The notes under the pieces are model-generated. The model ran no database searches, was not told the origin of the DNA, and was given only the letters and a program-made list of their open reading frames with translations. From an uncultured Rivularia sp. (GTDB lineage: Bacteria; Cyanobacteriota; Cyanobacteriia; Cyanobacteriales; Nostocaceae), in contig OY762007.1 of the NCBI GenBank assembly GCA_963665115.1, positions 7,136,001-7,200,000 on the forward strand: a stretch of 64,000 nucleotides of DNA. The letters are read 5' to 3'. The position numbers were made by a program, and so were the translations under genes. This document shows, piece by piece, positions 1 to 11,287 of the stretch. The first letter of the stretch is position 1; each line of letters opens with the position of its first letter.

Positions 1-1620
1 TGGAATATTTTCAACTTGAGAAATGCGGTCACGCATATACTCATAAAAACTGATACCCAACTTACGAGTAGTGTCAACAAGGGACATAAAAACATCCCAC
101 GCTTTTGTGCCTTGTTTTGTCTGGGTTGCGTAACTGATGTTACGTCGTTGTACCATAGTCCTAGCAGCTAATTCGGCAGGGTTGTTATGCAATAGTAATT
201 CTGGATGCTCCAACACGAGAAGCAACTCGTTTACTTTCAAAGTAGTTAATCGTTTTCGCTCATCTAACTGTTGATAACCACTTTTTTCTGTAAAAAGTGT
301 CCAAAATTCCATTTCTAGTTCGTGAGCTTTATCCCAACTTGGAGAATCTCGATAAGATAATAATTTTCTGTAATATTCCCAGAATCTTTCTAGAAAATTA
401 TCTAAAAGTTTTTGATGGCAAGGTATAAGCGGACTTAATTTCTTATAATGTCGTCCTTCATGCACCCAACAAAGAGCCAAATCCGATGTTATTAACTTGA
501 ACTGCGGAGCATCATCGCATACTAGAGTTGTAATTACTGGTACAGTTGATTGCTGATGATAAAAAGCAATTGCTGCCGATTCATATATGCGAGAACGGTG
601 TTGAGAACCAAGTCTACTTAAGTACTCACCAATCAAAAAATTAAACTCAGTTTCGGTAAAAGCCTTCTGTTGAGATAGTAATTTTAGTTTATTAACCCAC
701 TTAATTGGAACTTTAAAAGTCTCCAAAAGTTCATAGGTCATCTCGTTGAGAACAAAGGAGAGTTCGGTTGTGTTTTGAAATACTTTTAATACAGTCAAAC
801 GGTCTTTGTATCGCGTTGTTTGGTAAATTGTGTACAAGGGGTTACAAATCACATTTGTTGTATGGTTCACTCCTGCAACACGCGCACCTGTTTGGTCAAA
901 GTGTTGCCAAGGACTGCTGGCTAACCCTTCCTTGTATACTTCTTCGTATTCAGCTTCAAAATATTCTTGGTTTTTAATTAATAAATTTGATATTGTTCCT
1001 GCACTAATCGAGATACCAATATCTTCTAAAAATTCTAATAACTTCCCTTGGGTCATGTTTCCACCATAATATAGACTCATGACCAAAGCTTTTACTCCTG
1101 GACCAAATTCACCTTCGTAACCTGTTGGTAGTTCCGCTAAATAAGTTTTTCCTGTTTCTGGTGAGTAGTATTTTTGCTTGCGGAACAGTATGTTATCTGG
1201 CTTAAGTAAAATGTCTTGGACTACTACTTCCTCATAACCCTTGAACTGTGCGTCTGCTGGTAATTGTTCTTGTGGGTAAACTACAATCTCTTCTCGGTTT
1301 ATCTTGATAGACTCGTTTTTACTTGCTTTACTGTGTTCTTTTGCTATTTTTCGTTCTTTTTCTGATGAATAGTTTTTCTTAAACCCTTTGTTTTTATTCG
1401 CTTTGATGTCTGGTTTACCTTGTTCACCTTTTAAGCGGTTGTTTTCATCACGTAGTTTTTGATTTTCTTCTTCTAATTCTTTGATTTTTACATTTAGCTG
1501 TTCTATTAAGTTGAGTAATACTTCTACCGTTTGACGCACGTCCTCGTCTGCAATCTGTTTTGGGTCGATTGATTGCAATAATGCTGTGACTAATTTTTTA
1601 GATGATCGTTTTTGCGTCAT
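1..1620 (-). CDS. IS66-family transposase, 3' end outside window (absent from ORF track)
   Basis: Manual translation: MTQKRSSKKLVTALLQSIDPKQI, an N-terminal coiled coil (KIKELEEENQKLRDENNRLKGEQGKP), then LVCDDAPQF, LALCWVHEGRHYKKL and HNNPAELAARTMVQRRNIS motifs typical of IS66 DDE transposases. Confidence 0.88.
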   Translation of the reverse strand, partial: MTQKRSSKKLVTALLQSIDPKQIADEDVRQTVEVLLNLIEQLNVKIKELEEENQKLRDENNRLKGEQGKPDIKANKNKGFKKNYSSEKERKIAKEHSKASKNESIKINREEIVVYPQEQLPADAQFKGYEEVVVQDILLKPDNILFRKQKYYSPETGKTYLAELPTGYEGEFGPGVKALVMSLYYGGNMTQGKLLEFLEDIGISISAGTISNLLIKNQEYFEAEYEEVYKEGLASSPWQHFDQTGARVAGVNHTTNVICNPLYTIYQTTRYKDRLTVLKVFQNTTELSFVLNEMTYELLETFKVPIKWVNKLKLLSQQKAFTETEFNFLIGEYLSRLGSQHRSRIYESAAIAFYHQQSTVPVITTLVCDDAPQFKLITSDLALCWVHEGRHYKKLSPLIPCHQKLLDNFLERFWEYYRKLLSYRDSPSWDKAHELEMEFWTLFTEKSGYQQLDERKRLTTLKVNELLLVLEHPELLLHNNPAELAARTMVQRRNISYATQTKQGTKAWDVFMSLVDTTRKLGISFYEYMRDRISQVENIP

Positions 1621-1675
1621 GCTTCATATTCTACGACGCAAGGTGTACCTTTACCCCATTTTTTTGAGCGGATAC
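1..1675 (-). mobile_element. IS66-family insertion sequence, partial (runs off the left edge)
   Basis: Transposase ORF at 1-1620. The putative left end reads GTATCCGCTCAAAAAAATGGGGTAAAGG on the minus strand from 1675, a GTA-starting IS66-like terminus. The other end and the target duplication are outside the window. Confidence 0.8.
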
Positions 1676-1772
1676 TATAGTTTTATGTCAAGATTAATAA
1701 ATACAAAATAATATTATTTTAAGCAATTTTCTCATATAATTCGTTCTATACGAAAGACAACAACAACCATTG

Positions 1773-1804
1773 GCGTTAAGCGAAGCTCTACCGAAGGTAA
1801 TCGC
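1773..1804. repeat. Small dispersed repeat apparently inserted into a HIP1 site
   Basis: GCG-TTAAGCGAAGCTCTACCGAAGGTA-ATCGC: a split GCG/ATCGC HIP1 with a hairpin-containing insert, as known for cyanobacterial SDR elements. Confidence 0.55.
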
Positions 1805-1861
1805 CCATTGTTTAGTCAAGGGTACAAAAATTATTCTTACAAATTAATTCATCGCCCTTAC

Positions 1862-1950
1862 TAGTAGTGCTTTGCATTTATTCTGATAGTTTGTAGAGAC
1901 GTTATACATAACGTCTCCCAAAGTTTACCTAGAAAACGAACCAGTCAAAA
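1862..1950. mobile_element. Truncated TAGTAGT-ended miniature element carrying the GTAGAGACGTTATACATAACGTCTC hairpin
   Basis: Left end TAGTAGTGCTTTGCATTTATTCTGA. The cargo closely matches the units at 21706-21813 and 26647-26754. Confidence 0.65.
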
Positions 1951-2011
1951 AGGTTTGTTTTTTTCCAAAACTGCATGAGACGTAGCACTGCTACGTCTCT
2001 ACATTTGTGGT

Positions 2012-4922
2012 TTATTCGGAATATTCCTCCATCGAAGGACAAGAACAAATCAAATTCCTGTCACCGAAAGCAGCGTCAATCCGCCCTACAGCAACCCAAA
2101 ATTTATGTTCTCGCGTCCAAGGTGCCGGATAAGCAGCTTGTTCGCGGGTGTAAGGATGATTCCATTCACCTACAATTAAACTTTGGGCAGTATGTGGTGC
2201 GTTTTTCAAAACGTTGTCTTGAGCATCCACTTTACCCGCTTCGATTTGTGCAACTTCCTCGCGAATAGAAATCATCGCATCGCAGAATCTATCTAATTCC
2301 TCAAGAGATTCGCTTTCAGTTGGCTCTACCATCACGGTACCAGCTACGGGCCAAGATACTGTAGGGGCGTGGAAACCATAATCCATCAAACGCTTGGCAA
2401 CATCATCAATTTCGATACTTGCCGATTTCTTCAAAGAACGTAAATCTAAGATGCATTCGTGAGCTACTAAGCCATTTTTGCCTGCATACAACACGGGATA
2501 GTGTTTTTCTAATCTTTTAGCCATGTAATTGGCGTTGAGAATAGCTACTTTGGTTGCTTCAGTTAAACCATCCGCCCCCATCATGGCAATGTACATCCAA
2601 GAAATCACCAAAATACTGGCACTACCCCAAGGTGCGGCGGAAACCGAACCATTTGAGGAATCCGCTATGGGATTTCCGGGGAGGAAGGGTACTAAATGAG
2701 CGGCTACGCCAATTGGTCCCATGCCTGGACCGCCTCCGCCGTGGGGGATACAGAAGGTTTTATGTAAATTCAGGTGACATACATCTGCACCAAAATCACC
2801 GGGACGACAAATACCAACTTGGGCGTTCATATTCGCACCATCCATGTAAACTTGTCCGCCGTGGGTGTGGACAATTTCACAAACTTCTTTGATTCCTTCT
2901 TCAAATACCCCATGAGTTGAAGGGTATGTCACCATCAAAGCAGCAAGTTCGTTTGCGTGTTTCTGCGCCTTTTCTTTCAGGTCATTGATATCAATGTTAC
3001 CTTCGTCATCGCAAGCTACAGCAACAACTTTCATCCCGCACATGACCGCGCTCGCCGGGTTTGTACCGTGAGCAGAAGTAGGAATCAAACAAATATTACG
3101 ATGTGCTTCGGATCGGCTTTCGTGATATCTCCGAATTGATAAAAGCCCCGCATATTCTCCTTGAGAACCAGCATTCGGTTGCAGAGAAATTCCTGCAAAA
3201 CCCGTTATTTCTCCCAACCATTTTTCCAGTTGTTCAAATAGTCGCGAATAACCTTGCACTTGCGATAAAGGAGCAAACGGGTGAATTTGACCAAACTCAG
3301 CCCAGCTTACAGGTATCATTTCCGCCGTAGCGTTAAGTTTCATCGTACAGGAACCCAAAGGAATCATCGAAGTAGTTAACGATAAATCCTTGGCTTCGAG
3401 TTGATGCAGATAGCGCAATAATTCGGTTTCTGAATGATAACGATTGAATACGGGGTGAGTGAGGAAGTCGGATTTGCGAGGGAGGGGGAGAGGTGGGGAG
3501 GGGGAGAGGGGGGGAAGGGGAGAAGGTAATTCGTTTTCAAGAGAGAAAATCTTTAATAAATCTTCGACATCTGCTTCCGTGGTGGTTTCATCTAAGGAAA
3601 TTCCTACGGAATTATCATCGAAAATGCGAAGATTGATTTTCTTACTTTGACAGCGTTCTAAAATCTCTTTCTTACTGCGCTTTCCTAAATTAACTCGCAG
3701 CGTATCAAAGAAATATTCATTTTCAATGGTGTAATCAAGTTGCTTCAATCCTTCAGCTAACTTGGCAGTTAAAGAATGAATTTTTTGAGCAATCTCCTTA
3801 ATTCCATCGGGGGCCGTGATAAACCGCATACATACTCGCCATTACTGCCAACAATACTTGTGCAGTACAAATATTGCTAGTTGCTTTCTCGCGGCGAATG
3901 TGTTGTTCGCGGGTTTGCAAAGCTAAACGCAATGCGGGTTTACCTTCGACATCCTTCGATAAACCAACAATCCTTCCTGGCACCTGACGCTTATACTTTT
4001 CCTTGGTTGCAAAATATGCCGCATGAGGTCCCCCAAACCCCAACGGAATACCAAAGCGTTGAGTACTACCGATAGCAATATCAGCGCCAAATTCCCCAGG
4101 TGGAGTTAACAAACTTAAGCTCAAAGGATCGGCAGCTACCGTAACCAAAGCCCCCGATTCATGAACTTTAGCCACAAAATCGGCATAATCATAAATTGAG
4201 CCATCGGTAGCAGGATATTGAACAATAGCCCCAAAAATTGGTTGAGAAAAATCAAAAGTTTGGTGATTCCCAACAACAATCTCAATTCCCAAAGGTTCTG
4301 CCCGTGTCTGCAACACGGCGATTGTTTGAGGATGACATTCTTGAGAAACAAAGAAAGTATTTGCCTTGTTTTTGCAAACACCATAGCTCATACTCATTGC
4401 TTCCGCTGCTGCCGTAGCTTCATCGAGCAGCGAAGCATTAGCAATTTCCAAACCCGTTAAATCGGTAATCAAAGTTTGGAAATTTAACAAAGCCTCAAGT
4501 CTCCCTTGAGCAATTTCCGGTTGATAAGGAGTATAAGCAGTATACCAACCAGGATTTTCCAAAATATTTCGTTGAATTACCCCTGGAGTAATACTGTTGT
4601 AATACCCCATACCAATAAACGAACGAAAAACCTGGTTTTTGGACGCAATTTCCTTCAAAGTTGCCAGCGCCGCATATTCGCTTTGTGCTGACGGCAACTT
4701 CAAGCTACCGTCACTGCGAATCGTTTGCGGAACCGCTCGGTCGATCAAATCATCCAGGCTATCAAAGCCCAAAATCTTCAGCATTCTTGAGACATCATCA
4801 GAATTAGGTCCGATATGTCTTTGAGCAAAAGAAGTCACAGAGTGAGATTCTTGTGCGATCGCCTGCTCATCATTAGACGAGTTACGAGGGGCGTAAATTA
4901 CCACTAACTGATTACTCTCCAC
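2012..4922 (-). CDS. gcvP: Glycine dehydrogenase (decarboxylating), P protein; one apparent frameshift at about 3810
   Basis: Two ORFs join into GcvP ([42 protein letters not shown] motif). Removing one base from the G5 run at about 3809-3813 restores [11 protein letters not shown]. Confidence 0.95.
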
Positions 4923-5032
4923 ACGTTACTACTTAATATTCTGCAACAATTATGTAAACAGTGAGCAGTTATCAGTGAGCAGTTAGGAATAAAGGTCAAA
5001 GGTTAAAGGTTAAAGGTCAAAGTTATTTTTAT

Positions 5033-5160
5033 CTCCTTGTCTCCTTGTCTCCTTGTCTCCTTGTTCCCCCTCTTCCCCCTCTCCCCCCTCTCCCCCCTCT
5101 CCCCCCTCTTTCCCCTCTCCCCCCTCTTCCCCCCTCTCCCCCCTCTTTCCCCTCTCCCCT
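5033..5160. repeat. Short tandem repeat tract (CTCCTTGT and CCCCCTCT-type units)
   Basis: Directly visible low-complexity tandem repeats between gcvH and gcvP. Confidence 0.85.
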
Positions 5161-5548
5161 ACTTCCCTTCCACCTTAGAGCTATACTCAGCAGCGCTCAT
5201 TGCGTCATCAATATCGCTGGGGTTTTCGACTTTGACTTTTATTAACCATCCCTTACCGTAGGGTTCGTCTGCTAAACCTTCGGGAGCATCAACCATTGCA
5301 TCATTACATTCGGTGACGGTACCAGTTACGGGTGAATTCAAGTCTTCTACGGCTTTGACTGATTCAACCGTACCAAAAGTTTCTCCCTTAGTTATGGTGT
5401 CCCCAACTCCGGGCAATTCCAAAAATACAATATCTCCCAACTGATCTATAGCAAAAGCACTAATTCCAATCGTCGCATTTTCACCTTCAAGACGCACGTA
5501 TTCGTGACTATCTAAGTATTTCAAATCTTCTGGATATTCAAAAGCCAT
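5159..5548 (-). CDS. gcvH: Glycine cleavage system H protein
   Basis: [24 protein letters not shown] and the lipoyl-lysine motif ESVKAV; between gcvT and gcvP. Confidence 0.97.
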   Translation of the reverse strand: MAFEYPEDLKYLDSHEYVRLEGENATIGISAFAIDQLGDIVFLELPGVGDTITKGETFGTVESVKAVEDLNSPVTGTVTECNDAMVDAPEGLADEPYGKGWLIKVKVENPSDIDDAMSAAEYSSKVEGK

Positions 5549-5705
5549 TTTATTCACTAATCAATTATCAATTATCAATTATCAGTAATTAAGGTCAAAG
5601 GTCAAAAGTTAAAGGTCAAAGGTTAAAGGTTAAAGGTTAAGAGTTAGTAATTAAACTGTCTACCTTATGCCCAACGCCCAATGCCCAATGCCCCATGCCC
5701 CATCC

Positions 5706-6842
5706 TCACTTACTAACCCGACTTGTTGACTTGTAAAACGGACGCTTCACGACAGTTGCGGGATAAGTTTTGCCGCGTATTTCTATTTCCAATTGGTTAT
5801 CAGGTTTTGCTAGTTCTGGGGGCACATAGGCTAAAGCAATGGGATAACCGAGTGTTGGCGACAATGTGCCGCTGGTGATTTCTCCAACTTTTTCACCTGC
5901 GGATATTATTGGATATCCATGACGGGCAATGTTACGTCCTTGCATTTGCAGACGTACTAGTTTGCGTTGAACCCCAGCGGCTTTTTGCTGTTCTAATGCT
6001 TTACGTCCAATAAAATCGCCTTTGGTGTCTAAATGAACTAACCAACCCAAACCAGCTTCTAAAGGAGTGGTGGTATCATCGATATCTTGTCCGTAAAGCG
6101 CCATCGCGGCTTCCAGTCTCAAAGTGTCTCTGGCTCCCAATCCTGCCGGAACTACACCCGCTTCAATCAACTTTTGCCAAAGCTCAATTCCTATACTCGG
6201 TTCAACCATTACCTCAAAACCATCTTCTCCGGTGTAACCAGTGCGAGCCAGAAAAGCAGGTTTACCAAGTACTGTTGCATCTAAATGACCGTATGCTTTG
6301 ACAGGAGTTAAATCTTCTTCCACAAATTTTTGCAGAATTTCAGTGGCTTTTGGTCCTTGAACCGCTAATAAAACCTTTTCTGCTGATAAATCCTGGAATT
6401 CCACCTGTTGAATATCAAGGTGTTCGAGCAACCATGCTTTGTCTTTTGCTGTGGTTGCTGCATTGACGATAATAAATCCTTTTTGTAAACCAGTATTATC
6501 TTCGCCTTGATAATAAAAAATTATGTCATCAATAATCCCACCGTTCGGATTTAATAAAACGGTGTATTGCGCTTGATTTGGTTGCAGACGGCTTAAATCC
6601 GAAGGAACCAGACGTTGAAGTTGGGAAACTAAATTTTTACCTTGTAAACTAAACTTCCCCATGTGGGAGATATCGAACATCCCAGCACCACTTCTGACAG
6701 CCTCATGCTCCTTACTAATACCAGAAAACTGTACCGGCATTTCCCAACCGCCAAAACTAGTAAGCCGCGCTTTCAATTCTTGTACAACCGTAAATAAAGG
6801 CGTTCGCGCCAAACTCAAAGCGATTTCTTCTTTATTAGCCAC
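5706..6842 (-). CDS. gcvT: Glycine cleavage system aminomethyltransferase T
   Basis: FGGWEMPVQF, MFDISHMG, RTGYTGEDGFE and GLGARDTLRLEA motifs. Confidence 0.97.
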   Translation of the reverse strand: MANKEEIALSLARTPLFTVVQELKARLTSFGGWEMPVQFSGISKEHEAVRSGAGMFDISHMGKFSLQGKNLVSQLQRLVPSDLSRLQPNQAQYTVLLNPNGGIIDDIIFYYQGEDNTGLQKGFIIVNAATTAKDKAWLLEHLDIQQVEFQDLSAEKVLLAVQGPKATEILQKFVEEDLTPVKAYGHLDATVLGKPAFLARTGYTGEDGFEVMVEPSIGIELWQKLIEAGVVPAGLGARDTLRLEAAMALYGQDIDDTTTPLEAGLGWLVHLDTKGDFIGRKALEQQKAAGVQRKLVRLQMQGRNIARHGYPIISAGEKVGEITSGTLSPTLGYPIALAYVPPELAKPDNQLEIEIRGKTYPATVVKRPFYKSTSRVSK

Positions 6843-6913
6843 AAACAACTTCGCTTTTTCTAGTCAACAACATATTTAAATATCCTACGCCGATGTTGTT
6901 ATTAGTGGTTAGA

Positions 6914-7135
6914 AATTGGGAATTGGGGATTTGGGGATTGGGGATTGGGGATTGGGGGAGAGGGGGAGAGGGGGAGACAAGGAGACAAGGGGATGGGGAG
7001 AGGGGGAGAATCGGTAAGTCCAGTTATTTAAGATATTTACTTATTACTTATTACTTATTACCTATTACCTTTTACAACTCCTAACTCTTAACTCCTAACT
7101 CTTAATTCCTAACTCCCCATCTCCTTGTCTCCCCA
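6914..7135. repeat. Heptamer STRR cluster (ATTGGGG, TTACTTA, CTCCTAA)
   Basis: Visible tandem heptamers typical of filamentous cyanobacteria. Confidence 0.8.
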
Positions 7136-7207
7136 TCACTCCTCCCACCTTCACCAAATATGCTTAAATGTGTGTGTATTGAGTTTTATTAAGTAGAAAT
7201 TAGAGAT

Positions 7208-7702
7208 ATGAAATTTTGGCAAGTATTAACTGGCTTTGTCTTGGCTATTGTGGTGCTTTTCTACCCTTTGTCGGCTGAAGCTGCAAGTTCGTCTAGTATT
7301 TCTCGTGCGGCTGGAAATGAATTATCTGGTAAAGATTTATCTGGACAAAGTTTAGTTGGGGAGGAATATACCACTCTAAGTCTAGAAAATACTAATTTTA
7401 GTAGCGCCGATATGCGCGGTGCTGTTTTTAACGGTTCATTATTACAAAACTCAAATTTTCACGGTGTTGATTTCAGCGATGGCATAGCTTATTTATCAAG
7501 TTTTAAAAATTCAGATTTGAGTGATGCAATTTTTACTAATGCAATGATGTTACGTACTGTTTTCAATAATGTTGATGTTACAGACGCTGATTTCAGCGGT
7601 GCGATTTTAGACCGCGTACAAGTAAAAAAATTGTGCGAAACCGCAAGTGGCGTTAATTCAAAAACCGGCGTGTCTACTCGCAAGTCTCTTGAATGTAAGT
7701 AG
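7208..7702 (+). CDS. Exported/lumenal pentapeptide repeat protein
   Basis: Signal peptide ending AEA, A(D/N)(L/F)xx repeats and a C-terminal LC...N..TGVSTRKSLEC motif. Confidence 0.9.
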   Translation: MKFWQVLTGFVLAIVVLFYPLSAEAASSSSISRAAGNELSGKDLSGQSLVGEEYTTLSLENTNFSSADMRGAVFNGSLLQNSNFHGVDFSDGIAYLSSFKNSDLSDAIFTNAMMLRTVFNNVDVTDADFSGAILDRVQVKKLCETASGVNSKTGVSTRKSLECK

Positions 7703-7809
7703 GGAATAGATGGGGAGAGGGGAGAGGGGGTAGAGGGGGTAGAACAATTAGATTATTACCAATTACCTATTCCCAATGCCCAATGCCCAATCCCCAATTC
7801 CCAATTTCA

Positions 7810-9639
7810 TCACTGAGCCTTCTTCTCTTCTGGCTTCTTGTATTTACCTGGATACTTACGCGCAAAATAATCTTCCATAACTTGTTTTACCATTGGTGCG
7901 GCGACGCTACCTCCACCACCTCCGGAGTGTTCGGCGAATCCTAATATGACTACTTCGGGTTTGTCTGCGGGTGCATATCCACCAAACCATGCATGGTTTG
8001 CTTTGACACGACTAGGTAGCCATGCTTCTGCTGTTCCTGTTTTTCCTGCTACTGGAGGAAGTGTTGGCGAGTTCATCAATTTAGCGGTACCGTCTGTAAT
8101 TACTTCTCGCAATCCTCTTTGAATCATTTTTGTGGTTGAAGGCTTCATGCCGATGTTTTCCCGCCATTTCTTTTTCTCTTCGTTGTCTTTAAGCACGTGG
8201 GGCTTGACTAAATAGCCGCCGTTTGCTGGGATGGCGAACATTCTTGCTACTTGTAAAGGTGTAGCTAATAAAGCACCTTGCCCGATAGACATATTCACTG
8301 AATCCCCTACTGTCCAATCGCGTTTCCACAATTTTCGTTGATAATCGTTATCGGGTACAAAGCCTTTTGATTCGCTGAAGGAAAATTCCGAACCTGTTTG
8401 TTTACCAAATCCAAAATTACGAGTCCATTTAATTAATTCTTCACCCCCGACTCTTGCACCTACTTGATAAAAGAATGTGTCGCTACTCCAAGCTAAAGCT
8501 CCTGAAAAATTTAATGGTCCAAATCCAGCATGGTTCCATTCATTAAAACGGTGTCCGCCAAAAATTCGATAACCATAAGTTTGCAGCACCGTACTTGGAG
8601 AAAATTTACCCGATTCCAAACCTGCGGCAATGGTAACGACTTTAAAAGTACTAGCAGGTGGATAAGCTCTGAAAGCACGATTGAGCATGGGGTGCTTTTT
8701 ACCTAAGAGTATTGCCTGCAACTCTTTTTGTGAAGGATTTTGTTTGGAAAAGACGTTGGGATCGAATGCGGGATAGGACACCATTGCCAAAATTCCACCG
8801 TTGTTGGGATCTAAAGCGACAATTGTACCGGTACGTCCTTGCAAAGCTTTGTAGGCAGCTTTTTGTAAATCCAAATCTATGGTTAATGCGATATCTTGAC
8901 CGGGTTGTGCCTGTTTTACGCCTAATACTTTAAGCGGACGACCTTTACCGTCAACTTCCACCTGTTGACCACCCCATTCCCCCCGCAAGGTCGTTTCAAA
9001 TGCCCTTTCTACACCCATCTGTCCGATTACGTCTCCCAGACGGTAGCCGTCTTTCTTTTTCTTCGCTAACTGTTCTGGGGTGAGTTCGCGGGTGTAACCG
9101 AGTACGTGAGCTAGTTGTGCGCCATGAGGATAGTAGCGAACGGCTTCTCGGTTAATTTCTACATCCGGCAGTTCGCTTTCATACTCTTTTAAAGCTGTAA
9201 TTTGCTGGAGATTGATATCACGAGCAATCCTTACCAAAGAAGAAGAATTCGGGCCTGCTTTTTCTAGCTGCTGTTGAATTTCTTTTTCAGGAATACCGAG
9301 AATTTCAGATAAACGCGGAGCTACTGTTTGCCAAGATTCTTTTTTGTGAGCCATAGGCCACAAATATACGGAGTGAGGATAACGAGTTGTAGCTAAAAGT
9401 TTACCGTTTCGATCGAAAACATTACCTCTTTCTGGCTGCCGCAAAATTAAACGAATACGATTTTCTTCCGCTCGCTTACTAAAGCTTTCTCCTTTAACTA
9501 CTTGTAAATACGCTAATCGACTTAGGATTCCGCTTGTCAAAAGCAACGTAAATAAGATTAAGAATATCGATTGATAGCCTTTTCCTACAGAACGCTCATC
9601 TTTTTTCTTGCCGATTGATGGTAGTTGTAATAAGCTCAT
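7810..9639 (-). CDS. mrdA: Penicillin-binding protein 2 (class B)
   Basis: N-terminal TM segment, RGNVFDRNG, PASTFK (SxxK), SSD (SxN-like) and KTG motifs. Confidence 0.93.
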   Translation of the reverse strand: MSLLQLPSIGKKKDERSVGKGYQSIFLILFTLLLTSGILSRLAYLQVVKGESFSKRAEENRIRLILRQPERGNVFDRNGKLLATTRYPHSVYLWPMAHKKESWQTVAPRLSEILGIPEKEIQQQLEKAGPNSSSLVRIARDINLQQITALKEYESELPDVEINREAVRYYPHGAQLAHVLGYTRELTPEQLAKKKKDGYRLGDVIGQMGVERAFETTLRGEWGGQQVEVDGKGRPLKVLGVKQAQPGQDIALTIDLDLQKAAYKALQGRTGTIVALDPNNGGILAMVSYPAFDPNVFSKQNPSQKELQAILLGKKHPMLNRAFRAYPPASTFKVVTIAAGLESGKFSPSTVLQTYGYRIFGGHRFNEWNHAGFGPLNFSGALAWSSDTFFYQVGARVGGEELIKWTRNFGFGKQTGSEFSFSESKGFVPDNDYQRKLWKRDWTVGDSVNMSIGQGALLATPLQVARMFAIPANGGYLVKPHVLKDNEEKKKWRENIGMKPSTTKMIQRGLREVITDGTAKLMNSPTLPPVAGKTGTAEAWLPSRVKANHAWFGGYAPADKPEVVILGFAEHSGGGGGSVAAPMVKQVMEDYFARKYPGKYKKPEEKKAQ

Positions 9640-10125
9640 AAAACAAAAAATTATAGAGAAAATAGCATTATCTGTATACAATTATGCCTCCGTAAAAACC
9701 GGGAGACGACCGTTAAATAATTGAAAGATTATATTATGTTTTACTGTCTTTTTAGTTACTTCGTACTAAATAGTAAAGAACCATACCAATTTTAGATTTT
9801 TATTTTAGATATTAGATTATGTCCTACCTTACGGAAACACCTTGCGGCGAACGGACACATCTTGCAAATAGATTTTGGTTTCAGTTCAAAAAATTTCGGA
9901 TAACCGCCACTTACTTTCGCGGACGTTCTAAAATTCTTAAGCCTACGAGTAAATCTGGGGATTAATCCAAAACTGGAGAGCTAATTACTTTATACATCAA
10001 CAGCGCTTTATAGCAAGTAAATTGTTTTTGACGTATACAATAAATCAAAGTGCCTATAATAGTTAGCTGTCGAGACTACATATGTTGGTGCAGATACGTA
10101 CAAATACGCGGATTTATAAAAGATT

Positions 10126-11259
10126 ATGTCTCAAATGATAACTCAGCAGCAAGAGGACGTGACTACTTTTGAGTCGCTTGATGTCGAACTATCTGGAGTA
10201 TTCAAATTTTTCAACAAAGAACCGGCATTGCACGGGATAGATTTAGATGTCAGACAAGGAGAATTTTTTAGTATTCTCGGTCCTTCCGGTTGTGGAAAAA
10301 CCACTGTATTGCGGTTGATTGCTGGTTTTGAGAGAGCGGACGCAGGAACGGTTTTTATTCAAGGTCGTCCAATGGCTAAAATTGCTCCTCATCGCAGACC
10401 AGTTAATACCGTATTTCAGAGTTATGCTTTGTTCTCGCATCTCAATGTATGGGATAACATCGCTTTTGGCTTGAGGTTAAAGAAACTACGCAAAGCTGAA
10501 ATTAACAATCGAGTTAAAGAAGCTTTAGAACTCGTGAAAATGGAAAGTTTGCGATCGCGATTTCCTTGGCAGCTTTCTGGCGGTCAACAGCAACGAGTCG
10601 CATTAGCACGGGCTTTAGTCAATCGTCCTGCGGTTATATTGTTAGATGAACCATTAGGGGCGTTAGATTTAAAGCTACGCAAAGAGATGCAGGTTGAGTT
10701 ATTAAATTTACATCAAAATTTAGGCTTAACTTTTATTATGGTAACGCACGACCAAGAGGAAGCATTGTCGTTATCCCAACGTATTGCGGTAATGAACCAA
10801 GGTCAAATCGAGCAGATTGGCACTCCTAACGATATTTACGAGCAACCACTGTCGCCATTTGTAGCAGATTTTATTGGCGATACAAATTTGTTAGAAGGCG
10901 AAATAGCTGATGTAGACGCAGCCAATATTGAGGTTATTACTAACGCCGGACTAAAAATTATCGTTAAACGCGATTCACATACTCCCACCGGCGTATCCCA
11001 GAATGTCGCATTGAGCGTGCGCCCCGAAAAAATACAGCTTTCTCTGTACAAGCCTAGCGTGCAAAATAATTGTTTTGAAGGACGCTTAGTTAACATCATG
11101 TATTTGGGAACTTATGTTAATTATGTTGTTGAGTTAACGCCTCTTTTACGTATTGTTGTCATGCAGCCCAGTACATTTGGAATGTTGCCAGATCCCGAAA
11201 CACCGATTTATGCTTGGTGGGCAGAAAATGATTGTCTGGCTTTACTTAATAATCAATAG
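10126..11259 (+). CDS. potA: Spermidine/putrescine ABC transporter ATP-binding protein
   Basis: Walker [23 protein letters not shown] signature and C-terminal TOBE-like region. Confidence 0.92.
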   Translation: MSQMITQQQEDVTTFESLDVELSGVFKFFNKEPALHGIDLDVRQGEFFSILGPSGCGKTTVLRLIAGFERADAGTVFIQGRPMAKIAPHRRPVNTVFQSYALFSHLNVWDNIAFGLRLKKLRKAEINNRVKEALELVKMESLRSRFPWQLSGGQQQRVALARALVNRPAVILLDEPLGALDLKLRKEMQVELLNLHQNLGLTFIMVTHDQEEALSLSQRIAVMNQGQIEQIGTPNDIYEQPLSPFVADFIGDTNLLEGEIADVDAANIEVITNAGLKIIVKRDSHTPTGVSQNVALSVRPEKIQLSLYKPSVQNNCFEGRLVNIMYLGTYVNYVVELTPLLRIVVMQPSTFGMLPDPETPIYAWWAENDCLALLNNQ

Positions 11260-11287
11260 ATTTAGATAAAAAATCAACATATTATAG

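Noticed and set aside
1..1675. IS66 lacking tnpA/tnpB accessory genes as a novelty
   Set aside because: Single-ORF IS66-family members are known, and the element is incomplete in this window.
2012..4922. gcvP as a two-subunit gcvPA/gcvPB system
   Set aside because: The break falls inside a conserved motif rather than at the subunit boundary, and removing one base repairs it.
5037..5261. Pro/Leu-rich ORFs on the plus strand (also 6893-7084 and 3459-3650)
   Set aside because: They are translations of tandem repeats or antisense shadows of real genes.
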